Assembly (NCBI GenBank): GCA_035652115.1
Contig: DASREJ010000239.1
Coordinates: 21,087-85,086, forward strand
DNA from: Bryobacteraceae bacterium
GTDB taxonomy: Bacteria > Acidobacteriota > Terriglobia > Bryobacterales > Bryobacteraceae
DNA length: 64,000 bases
Direction: 5' to 3'
Numbering within the stretch: the first letter of the stretch is position 1; each line of letters opens with the position of its first letter. Position numbers and translations under genes: made by a program. The notes below the pieces were generated by a model. It searched no databases. It was given only the letters and a program-made list of their open reading frames with translations, and had not been told where the DNA came from. Positions 49,155 through 57,176 of this stretch are shown here, piece by piece.

Positions 49155-49693
49155 TACGACAGTTCCTCATAGGTGACGTTGCTGTTTGTATAAATGCATA
49201 CTTCGCCCGCGATTTTCATCGCCTTTTCGACGATTTCCCGCGCGCCGAGGTTCGTATTTTCAAGCAGCGCCACGGCAGCGCATTTGGCAAACGGACCGCC
49301 CGAACCAATCGCGGCGATCGGACTATCCGGTTCTATCACGTCGCCTGTGCCACTCACGATATACATATCCTGAACGTCGGCAACCAGCAACAATGCCTCC
49401 AGGTGGCGCAGCATACGGTCGGTTCGCCATTCCTTCGCGAGTTCTACAACACTGCGAGGTAAATTACCGGTGTATTGTTCCAACTTCGCTTCGAAACGTG
49501 CAAATAATGCGAAGGCATCTGCCGTCGAGCCCGCAAAACCGGAGATGATCTTCCCGTTGTAAAGGCGTCGTAGCTTTTTCGCTCCGCTCTTCAAAACTTC
49601 ATTTCCCATGGTGACTTGACCATCGCCCGCCAACACTACTTTGCCGCCGCGGCGTACGCACAGGATGGTAGTCGAACGGATTTTCTTACTCAT
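49154..49693 (-). CDS. hslV: ATP-dependent protease peptidase subunit HslV
   Basis: From ATG 49693 it reads [28 protein letters not shown]..., with the catalytic Thr after a short propeptide. Its TAA overlaps the hslU ATG (TAATG). The track start at 49735 is over-extended. Confidence 0.93.
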   Translation of the reverse strand: MSKKIRSTTILCVRRGGKVVLAGDGQVTMGNEVLKSGAKKLRRLYNGKIISGFAGSTADAFALFARFEAKLEQYTGNLPRSVVELAKEWRTDRMLRHLEALLLVADVQDMYIVSGTGDVIEPDSPIAAIGSGGPFAKCAAVALLENTNLGAREIVEKAMKIAGEVCIYTNSNVTYEELS

Positions 49694-49910
49694 TCGATAT
49701 TCTTTTGCCTGAACTGAAAGGATCAAATCGCACAAAGAGCGTTGAGATCCCCGTGGAACCTTTATTTCATCACAGGGGCTGCTCCGCTAAGACGCCTCGC
49801 AAAGGCGAACCATCTTTTAGTTTGAATTGGATACTCGACTTTCCGCCGACGTAACCCATCCAATCCGGTGCTATTCTGTCTCACAAGATACGAAAGTGCT
49901 GACACTCTGA

Positions 49911-51143
49911 ATGTTTCGCAAGTCGCTCCTCGGCCTCATCGGTTGTCTTCTGCTTTCCTTCCTGCTTCTCGCCTATCCTCTATATGTCCTTCGCCCGTTT
50001 CGCTATCAAGGTCCGCGTGAGCTGAGCGCGGCGCTCGCCGTCATGCGTCTCAGACCGTTTCTCGAAGTGATTCTGGTTATTACTGCCCTGATGTTTTTAA
50101 TTTGGGTTTGGCGCACGACACCGCGCATCTCGCGCAAGATCGTCGCCTTGCTCTGCTTCCTGGCCGTTGCTTCCTGCGGAGTGCTATCTCGTGTGAACGT
50201 TTACGAATTGCTGTTTCATCCATTGGACAAGCCCAGCTTTTCTCCCGCGCCAAAAACGAGCTTGGATGGCCGCGAGCAAGTGATCGCGATCAACGTCAAC
50301 GGCGCCGCCCGAGCCTACCCCATCCGAATCATCTCCTACCATCACCTCGTTAACGATGTAGTCGGCGGCGTGCCCATCATCGCGACGTATTGAACGCTCT
50401 GTCACACCGGTCTGGTGTTTCAAAGAACTGTCGAAGGGGTTCCGCTCAATTTCCATCTGGCTGGCATAAACAACCAGAATTTCCTCATGCGAGATGAGCA
50501 AACGGGAACGTATTGGCAGCAGATTACCGGACTTGCCGTGGCGGGGCCGCTCGCTGGTCATCGCCTCACGCTTGTCGCGGCCGACGAACTTACGTTTGCG
50601 CTTTGGAAATCGGAACGGCCCGAAGGTACCGTGTTGAACGATGTTAGCCGCTATGTGCACGACTATGCTCCCGAAGACTGGGATGTAAAAATGGCCAGCA
50701 CTCCCACCGTCATAAGCTACGCGCAAGCGGGTCTCAAACCACGTGATCTGATGTTGGGCGTGCGGGCTTTTGGCGCTAGCCGTGCATTCCCCTATGCGGC
50801 GGTTCTTAAACAGAAGTTGATTGAAGATCATGTGAGCGGTGAACCCGTCCTGCTTGTGGTCGGCCCCGACAATCTGTCCGTTCGTGTCTTTCGACGTCGG
50901 CTGCCCGGATCGGCAACACCAGAGTTCTATCGCATTCCCGAGGCCAAGGAACAATCGCAATCTGGAGTTCTACTACTAGACGCGCAGAGCGGCAGCAGGT
51001 GGAATTTCCACGGATGCGCCATTGACGGCAAATTCAAAGGAGTTTGTCTTGAACCTCTCCAAGTAATAAAGGATTACTGGTTCGATTGGCGCAACTACAA
51101 TCCGCAGACCACTGTATACGGCATCAAACAACAAATTCACTGA
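49911..51143 (+). CDS. membrane-anchored DUF3179-family protein with one in-frame TGA at 50391..50393 (candidate selenocysteine codon; otherwise a pseudogene)
   Basis: ORFs 49911..50393 and 50415..51143 are in the same frame and separated only by the TGA. The joined product reads ...ARAYPIRIISYHHLVNDVVGGVPIIATY-[TGA]-TLCHTGLVFQRTVEG... This matches my memory of the DUF3179 core (..AYP...L..HE(I/V)VND.(V/I)GG.P(V/I)..TYCPLC.(S/T)G..(F/Y)..). Confidence 0.6.
50396..50428 (+). promoter_or_regulatory. candidate bacterial SECIS-like stem-loop
   Basis: The upper stem is ACACC (50404..50408) paired with GGTGT (50414..50418), closing the loop GGTCT, which begins 16 nt after the TGA. A possible lower stem pairs G50396, T50398, C50399, T50400 and G50401 with C50428, A50426, G50425, A50422 and C50421, across an internal loop. 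The loop resembles the GGUC-containing apical loop of E. coli fdhF SECIS (from memory). Confidence 0.4.
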
Positions 51144-51288
51144 AGTCCGCTCGCGCACCGCGGCGTTTGAAAGCATCGTGTCCCGGCCACCTTACTTGCG
51201 TCAAAACCTGCCGATCCTTTTTTCTAAGTAGTTTTGAGAGGTGTTGCTCTGGCCCCGTGTGCATCCACTCAAAAGAACAGGAAGAAGA

Positions 51289-52104
51289 ATGTATCACCAC
51301 GTAAAAGAATTGATGTACACGGTTCGAGTGGACACGCCGAGCCCTCGCTTCGGCAACATGTTACTGGAGCAGTTCGGCGGCGCCAATGGTGAGTTAGCAG
51401 CGGCCATGCAGTACTCCGTACAAGGCATTAATTGCGACGATCCTGAACGCAAGGATCTGTTCATGGACATCGGAACTGAGGAACTCAGTCATCTGGAGAT
51501 AATCGGCGTTCTGGCGCGCATGCACTTGAAGCCATCGAGAAGTCACCGCACCGCGGCTGAAGAAGATCCTTTGATTGCCGTCGTCGGAGGCGGAGGTGTG
51601 AACTTATATAACTCTATGGGTTCGGCCTGGACCGCGGATTACCTCAAAATTACTGGAGAACTCGACGTTGATCTTCGCAACGACATCGCCGCGGAAGCCC
51701 GGGCAAAAATCACGTACGAGCGTCTCATGAACTTTTGCGATGATGCCGGCACTCTCGACGCGCTTCAGTTCTTGATGACGCGCGAAATTACTCACATGAA
51801 GGCATTTAGTTTGGCTCTGGAAAGCCTGGGTAAGCCGATGCTCTCTATTGGAAGAATCCCGCCCACTCCAGGTATTGTCGATCAGTATTTCAACGACTCT
51901 ACAGGCATCGGTGATCGGGGCGAGCCCGACGCTCGTGGTCCCTGGAACCAGGGAGATAGCTGGGAATTTGTGGAAGCGCCGGCATTTCAAAGATTCCGGT
52001 CACCCCAAAGCGGGGAACGCGAAGCCGAAGAGTTTGCACTTAGCGATGCTTCAAACGGCCATTCGGCCGCGGCAAGGCGAACTGCTAACAAGCAATCCAG
52101 CTAA
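51289..52104 (+). CDS. manganese catalase
   Basis: From ATG 51289 (AGGAAG Shine-Dalgarno-like sequence upstream) it reads MYHHVKELMYTVRVDTPSPRFGNMLLEQFGGANGELAAAMQYSVQGINCDD...DIGTEELSHLEIIG...REITHMKAF. These are the di-Mn ligand motifs of Mn catalases. Confidence 0.9.
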   Translation: MYHHVKELMYTVRVDTPSPRFGNMLLEQFGGANGELAAAMQYSVQGINCDDPERKDLFMDIGTEELSHLEIIGVLARMHLKPSRSHRTAAEEDPLIAVVGGGGVNLYNSMGSAWTADYLKITGELDVDLRNDIAAEARAKITYERLMNFCDDAGTLDALQFLMTREITHMKAFSLALESLGKPMLSIGRIPPTPGIVDQYFNDSTGIGDRGEPDARGPWNQGDSWEFVEAPAFQRFRSPQSGEREAEEFALSDASNGHSAAARRTANKQSS

Positions 52105-52137
52105 GGGCCTCACTAAGTTCATCGAAAGGAATAATTT

Positions 52138-52695
52138 ATGACACAAATGAAAGAACTCTTGCAAGATCAATTGGAAGATCTGTTGAATGCCGAGGCTCAA
52201 TTGACGAAAGCCTTGCCAGAGATGGTGAACGCGGCGCACCATCCAAAGTTGAAAGAGGCCCTCGAAAAACATTTGGTGCAAACGGAAGGTCATATAGAGC
52301 GCCTCAAGAACGCTTTCGGCATGCTCGGTGAAAAGGCGCAATCCAAGCCCTGTAAGGGGATGATGGGTCTCATCGAAGAAGGTCAGGAGGTCATTGCGAA
52401 GGGAAAGGAAAAAAATGAATTGACCGCCGACTTGGCGCTTATTACTGCTGCGCAAAAAGTGGAGCATTATGAAATATCGGCGTATGGAACTGCGAAGAGC
52501 TTGGCCCGGCTCCTCGGCGAGATAGACGTCGCAAAACTCCTCACTCATACATTAGGCGAGGAGGAAAGTGCCGATTTCTTATTGACAGAAATAGCGAAGC
52601 CCCTGGCGCAGGACGCATTGCGTGCCGATGGCGCGGGCAAAGTCGAACATCACGTTCGTAAAACTGCTGCTTCCGCCAAAGCCGCCTCAAAGTGA
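52138..52695 (+). CDS. ferritin-like YciE/YciF (DUF892) stress protein
   Basis: 185 aa. LLQDQLEDLLNAEAQLTKALPEMVNAAHHPKLKEALEKHLVQTEGHIERLKNAF and VEHYEISAYGTA are typical of DUF892. Confidence 0.85.
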   Translation: MTQMKELLQDQLEDLLNAEAQLTKALPEMVNAAHHPKLKEALEKHLVQTEGHIERLKNAFGMLGEKAQSKPCKGMMGLIEEGQEVIAKGKEKNELTADLALITAAQKVEHYEISAYGTAKSLARLLGEIDVAKLLTHTLGEEESADFLLTEIAKPLAQDALRADGAGKVEHHVRKTAASAKAASK

Positions 52696-52697
52696 GC

Positions 52698-52717
52698 GTG
52701 GGGCGTTTCCGCCCCAC
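52698..52717. terminator. GC-rich hairpin between convergent genes (possible bidirectional terminator)
   Basis: GTGGGGCG-TTTC-CGCCCCAC, a perfect 8-bp stem. It starts 3 nt after the TGA of the + gene and ends 11 nt before the stop of the - gene. There is no clean U-tract on either side. Confidence 0.5.
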
Positions 52718-52728
52718 AACAACATTCT

Positions 52729-53835
52729 TTACTGTGCGCCTTGTCTGAGTACGTCGGGCGCCGGTTCTAGTTCCTCATTTAGGGTGCGTGCGGCTCGCCT
52801 GCCGAGAGAGGTAAACATATGGAAGGACCAGCCGAACATAGGATCTAGCGAGTGCCCGCCAACGGCATTCTTAGATTCGCCTCCTTCAGGCAAAAGAAAA
52901 CGGTTGGCGGCGGCCAGCATCGTTCTTGTTGTATTAGGGAGAAGAGCCTCACAGGCAACCAGAATTTTGGCCGGCAATGAGATGGTGCAGACATGTCGGC
53001 CATCTTCAACTGCGCGCCGGACGCAGTGAGCCGCATAATTCGCCGCGACAGAAAATCCCGGGAGATTGCCGAAGAGACCAAACCAGGCGAACTCCCGTTT
53101 GGCGTCTCCCTTGAATTTTGCTTTAAGATAGGAACCCGTTCGCATCAGCCCGGGCACAATCGTTAACACACGCACGCCTGCCGCGCGCAATTCCGTGTTG
53201 AGGCCGGTCGAAAATCCGACCAAGGCAAACTTCGCACAACTATAAGGCAACAGATGAGGAACACTAACGCGGCCGCCGATTGACGTGATGTTAACTATAT
53301 GGCCTCCGCCCTGTTTCTTCATCTGGGGAAGCACTGCAAACGTCAGCTTCACCGGAGCCCAGAACATCAAATCCATCGCATTCCTGAAATCGGAATACTC
53401 AAAGCTCTCAAGCGGTCCCACTTGAATCTCGCCTGCATTGTTGATGAGGATGTCGATCCTTCCGAACCGCTGCAAAACGTTATGGATGAGCGTCGCGATG
53501 TCGCTGTCGTTCGTTATATCGCACGGAAAGGGCGCAGCTTCAATGCCTTCCTGGGTCAGAGATTCGCAGGCCTTCTGAAGTTCGTCGGCGTTTCGGGCGC
53601 ACAAAGCTAGGTATGAGCCGTGTTGACCGAATTCGCGCGCGAGCGCCAAGCCTAGCCCGCGCGAGCCCGTAATCAACACGACCTTTCCAGCTAAGTCAAA
53701 CTTTGTCTTAGGCGCTTTTCTAAATAGTTGTAACCCAGCCAAAACTCCCGCTGCAGTTAGGCCGATCGTTCCCCATAGCGGCAAATGGCGGGACGTTGTT
53801 TTTTTGAGTCCTTGGCGAACTGTAAGCATCCTCAT
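52729..53835 (-). CDS. membrane-anchored short-chain dehydrogenase/reductase (SDR)
   Basis: N-terminal transmembrane helix, cofactor motif GKVVLITGSRGLGLALA, NNAG, and the catalytic YSCAKFAL (YxxxK). Confidence 0.85.
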   Translation of the reverse strand: MRMLTVRQGLKKTTSRHLPLWGTIGLTAAGVLAGLQLFRKAPKTKFDLAGKVVLITGSRGLGLALAREFGQHGSYLALCARNADELQKACESLTQEGIEAAPFPCDITNDSDIATLIHNVLQRFGRIDILINNAGEIQVGPLESFEYSDFRNAMDLMFWAPVKLTFAVLPQMKKQGGGHIVNITSIGGRVSVPHLLPYSCAKFALVGFSTGLNTELRAAGVRVLTIVPGLMRTGSYLKAKFKGDAKREFAWFGLFGNLPGFSVAANYAAHCVRRAVEDGRHVCTISLPAKILVACEALLPNTTRTMLAAANRFLLPEGGESKNAVGGHSLDPMFGWSFHMFTSLGRRAARTLNEELEPAPDVLRQGAQ

Positions 53836-54082
53836 TCAAGGAAGAATTGTTTGGTCGGTCGAAAGTTTCAAGTCGCCCTCGCACGGAAAACTGCCGTCCC
53901 GGAAAATTTCGCGTCGGGCTCCTGCCATACCCGCAGTCTGACGGCATGCGTAGCATCGAAAACTCGTGTGGCGTTTGTCACAGATTTGTGATGCAGTAAC
54001 CAATGTCCGCGGGTAGACGTTCATATATAATTCCGCAATCAACCCAAGCTCCTGCGGCAGAGCCGCTTATAACTGCTGGTAA

Positions 54083-55690
54083 ATGGCTGACAAATATCAA
54101 CAAGATATCGAGAAGATAAGCCGTATAGAAGCCGTCCCAACCATTCTCGAAGTTGTTCACCGCATCACCGGGATGGGGTTTGTAGTCGTTGCTCGTGTCA
54201 CCGAAGAGCGATGGGTTGCGTGCCGGGTGCTGGATCAAATTGGTTTTAATCTGGAACCCGGCGGTGAGCTGAAAATCGAGACAACAATCTGCAACAAAAT
54301 ACGGCAGAGCCGCGAGCCGGTAATTTTCAATGACGTCGCGGAAGACGAGTCTTGGTCTAAGCATGCTGCCACGTATGGCTTCAAGAGCTATATCTCTGCC
54401 CCCATCATTCTGGCCGACGGATCCTTCTTTGGTACTTTGTGCGCGCTTGATCGACGGCCTGCTCGCGTGAAGGCGCCGGAAATTGTGGGGATGTTTAGGC
54501 TTTTTGCCGAGCTTGTTGCTAAACACCTCGACACCTACCGAAAACTGGCCGAAGCCGAATCCGCCCTGATAGAGACATCTGCAATTGCGGACTTGCGCGA
54601 GAAGGCGTTACAAACCAGCGAGGAACGATATCGCTGGGTAGCGGAGACCCAGACAGAAATGATCGTTCGATGTCGTCCGGACGCGACACTAACCTTTGTC
54701 AATGACGCTTACTGCCGCTACTTTGGCAGGACGCGAGACGATTTACTTGGCAGGAATTTTCTCGAGCTCCTTCCACACGAGGAGCGAACGGCTGTGCGTG
54801 CGCTTCTTCAGGCCACATTGGAAGGGCGGCATTCAGGCGCAAGTGAACACCAGCATCGCCAACCGGACGGAAGCATTCGTTGGTCACAGTGGGTGAATCA
54901 CGTAATTCGAGATGCGGCGGGCGACATTGAAATCCAAGGCGTTGGGTGGGATATCACGGCACAAAAACAGGCGCAAGAGGCCCTACAAAAGAATCAAGAG
55001 GAACTGCGATCGAGCCACGCGCAAATTCGCCAATTGGCAGGACGTCTGATGAAAGCACAGGAAGAGGAACGGCGGCATATTGCACGAGAGCTGCACGACG
55101 ATCTTAATCAACAAATCGCATCTATTTCGATATCGCTGAGTAACCTGAAACGCCAACTTTCACCTTCGGATTCTCTTGTCCATCAAGTAGAACAACTGCA
55201 TGAACGCACGGTTCACGTTGCAAGCGCGCTGCGCAGCCTGTCTCATGAACTGCATCCGGTAGTGTTGGAATATGGTGGACTGGCTGCCGCGCTGCAATCG
55301 TTGATTGCCGAATCAGACACTTCGGCGGGACTGCGGATCGCCTTGCGAGTACCCGAGCATCTCGAGCCAATACCAAACGATGTCGCAATTTGTATCTTTC
55401 GACTGACGCAGGAGGCCATCCGCAATATAAGCAAGCACTCGGGCGCCAGACACGTGGATATCGAAGTCACTCACGGCAAAAATTGCATCAATCTGTTAAT
55501 CACTGATGACGGGCGTGGATTCGAAATCGCAAGTGCTCGCGCCAAGGGAGGCCTTGGACTCGTCAGTATGGCGGAGCGTGTTCATTTGCTGCAGGGCCTC
55601 TTTGAAATACGATCCAAACCTGGTGATGGTACTGTTCTCCGGGCAGTATTGCCGCTAGCGCAAGAATCGATCGCAGCCAGTCATCAGTAA
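54083..55690 (+). CDS. cytoplasmic sensor histidine kinase (GAF + PAS + HisKA_3 + HATPase_c)
   Basis: GAF-like N-terminus (..FKSYISAPIILADGSFFGTLCALD), a PAS region (FVNDAYCRYFGRTRDDLLGRNFLELL), the H-box RRHIARELHDDLNQQIASI, and the ATPase G-box GGLGLVSMAERV. Confidence 0.85.
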   Translation: MADKYQQDIEKISRIEAVPTILEVVHRITGMGFVVVARVTEERWVACRVLDQIGFNLEPGGELKIETTICNKIRQSREPVIFNDVAEDESWSKHAATYGFKSYISAPIILADGSFFGTLCALDRRPARVKAPEIVGMFRLFAELVAKHLDTYRKLAEAESALIETSAIADLREKALQTSEERYRWVAETQTEMIVRCRPDATLTFVNDAYCRYFGRTRDDLLGRNFLELLPHEERTAVRALLQATLEGRHSGASEHQHRQPDGSIRWSQWVNHVIRDAAGDIEIQGVGWDITAQKQAQEALQKNQEELRSSHAQIRQLAGRLMKAQEEERRHIARELHDDLNQQIASISISLSNLKRQLSPSDSLVHQVEQLHERTVHVASALRSLSHELHPVVLEYGGLAAALQSLIAESDTSAGLRIALRVPEHLEPIPNDVAICIFRLTQEAIRNISKHSGARHVDIEVTHGKNCINLLITDDGRGFEIASARAKGGLGLVSMAERVHLLQGLFEIRSKPGDGTVLRAVLPLAQESIAASHQ

Positions 55691-55761
55691 CCATTCCTTT
55701 GCTGGCATAACTGCCAGGGGCATCCCGGCTGACTTTTGCGGTCTACCTAACGTAGTCTCAG

Positions 55762-57087
55762 ATGTCGGCCCCTGGTATCAGTTCTACCGATGCACCAACT
55801 CCGCGGAGGGAATTCTCGGCTTCCCCGCCGACAAACCGCTCTAAAGGAATCATTCGGGCCATCGGTCTAGGCCTGATAACTGGCGCAGCGGATGACGATC
55901 CCTCGGCGATCGGAACATACGCAAGCGCGGGCGCCAAGTTGGGCCCTTCATTCCTGTGGACAGCCCCGGTCACGTTTCCGATGATGGTGGCGGTCGTATA
56001 CCTTTCATCCAAGCTCGGTCTGGTCACCGGAGAAGGGCTTTTCGCGGTGATTCGCCGGCACTATCGGCCTTGGTTTCTCTACATGGTGTTAACGGGCGTA
56101 ATCATCGGCAATCTGATCGAAGCCGGCGCAGATATCGGCGGCATGGCGGCCGCCTTAAACCTGCTCATTCCGCTTCCAATCGGCGCGATTGTAATCATCA
56201 CCGGCTTGCTTGTTCTGGCGCTCCAGATATGGGCGTCTTATACGCTTATTCGCAATGTGTTTCGCCTGCTCGCAATGGCATTACTCGCTTATATAGGTGC
56301 CGCGGTTCTCGCTCATCCAGAAGCTGGCGCGGTGCTGCGAGGGTCCTTCATTCCCACCATTCAGTTCAATAAAGACTTCCTGAGCATGATTGTCGCGGTG
56401 ATCGGGACTTCTCTCTCGGCTTATTTATACACATGGCAATCGAATGAAGAAGTGGAGGAGAAAATAGCCTCTGGAAAAAGGCGATTGTGGCAGCGAAGAG
56501 GCGCAAGCCGGTCTGAACTAAAGCAGTCTATGTGGGACATCATCTTTGGAATGTTCTTCTCGAACACCGTGATGTACTTCATCATTCTTTCCACGGCCGC
56601 AACACTTTTCAAAACCGGAAAAACCGACATCAATACCGCAGCGCAAGCTGCCCAAGCCTTACAGCCACTCGCCGGAAACGCAGCGGGTCTGTTGTTTGCG
56701 TTAGGAGTAATTGGTGTGGGATTTCTTGCCGTGCCTGTTATGACAACCGGCGCAGCGTATGACCTCTGCCAGAGCGCCGGCTGGAAACATGGTCTCTACA
56801 GAAAGCCTGCAGAAGCGAAACGATTCTACGCCGCCATCGCGATTTTTACTTTAATCGCCATCGGCCTGAATTTTTTTGGCATCAATCCCATGAAAGCGCT
56901 TGTCCTTGCGGGAATTGTGCAAGGTTTCTCGACGCCCCCTCTGATGCTCTTGATCCTGCGCATGACAAACAATCAAGAGCTGATGGGAAAGCGTGTCAAC
57001 GGCCGCGCCATCAACATACTGGGCTGGATCACAACAGTTGTTATCTTTGCCGCTTCAGCCGGGCTCGTCATCAGTTGGTTCGTTTAA
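55762..57087 (+). CDS. NRAMP-family divalent metal cation transporter
   Basis: 441 aa. GLITGAADDDPSAIGTYASAGAKLG is the conserved NRAMP motif region. About 11 transmembrane helices are predicted. Confidence 0.88.
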   Translation: MSAPGISSTDAPTPRREFSASPPTNRSKGIIRAIGLGLITGAADDDPSAIGTYASAGAKLGPSFLWTAPVTFPMMVAVVYLSSKLGLVTGEGLFAVIRRHYRPWFLYMVLTGVIIGNLIEAGADIGGMAAALNLLIPLPIGAIVIITGLLVLALQIWASYTLIRNVFRLLAMALLAYIGAAVLAHPEAGAVLRGSFIPTIQFNKDFLSMIVAVIGTSLSAYLYTWQSNEEVEEKIASGKRRLWQRRGASRSELKQSMWDIIFGMFFSNTVMYFIILSTAATLFKTGKTDINTAAQAAQALQPLAGNAAGLLFALGVIGVGFLAVPVMTTGAAYDLCQSAGWKHGLYRKPAEAKRFYAAIAIFTLIAIGLNFFGINPMKALVLAGIVQGFSTPPLMLLILRMTNNQELMGKRVNGRAINILGWITTVVIFAASAGLVISWFV

Positions 57088-57176
57088 CGGAATTGGAGCA
57101 GCCTGGCAGGCCGCGTGGTGCTTGGAAATCAGAATGGAGATCGCTAAAGCTCCGCGCGGCCGTTTGCCGGTTAATT

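Noticed and set aside
50184-50960. 258-aa minus-strand ORF spanning the TGA site, considered as the real gene that would explain the break
   Set aside because: Its translation has no recognisable features. The + strand reads as a continuous DUF3179 domain on both sides of the TGA.
49911-51143. Treating 49911..50393 and 50415..51143 as two separate genes
   Set aside because: They share one frame and are separated by a single stop within one domain. The second would start at a GTG inside a hairpin and lack the conserved motif and the membrane anchor.
53978-53991. TCACA-GATT-TGTGA palindrome between the divergent SDR and histidine kinase genes, considered as a CRP/FNR-type operator
   Set aside because: The arms are only 5 bp and the spacing is wrong for the TGTGA-N6-TCACA consensus. 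Chance occurrence in 64 kb is likely.
57088-57176. Searched the convergent NRAMP / TonB-receptor spacer for a terminator; GGCCGCG and CGCGGCC segments are present
   Set aside because: The complementary segments (GGAGC/GCTCC and GCCGCG/CGCGGC) occur in non-nesting order, so no single stable hairpin forms.
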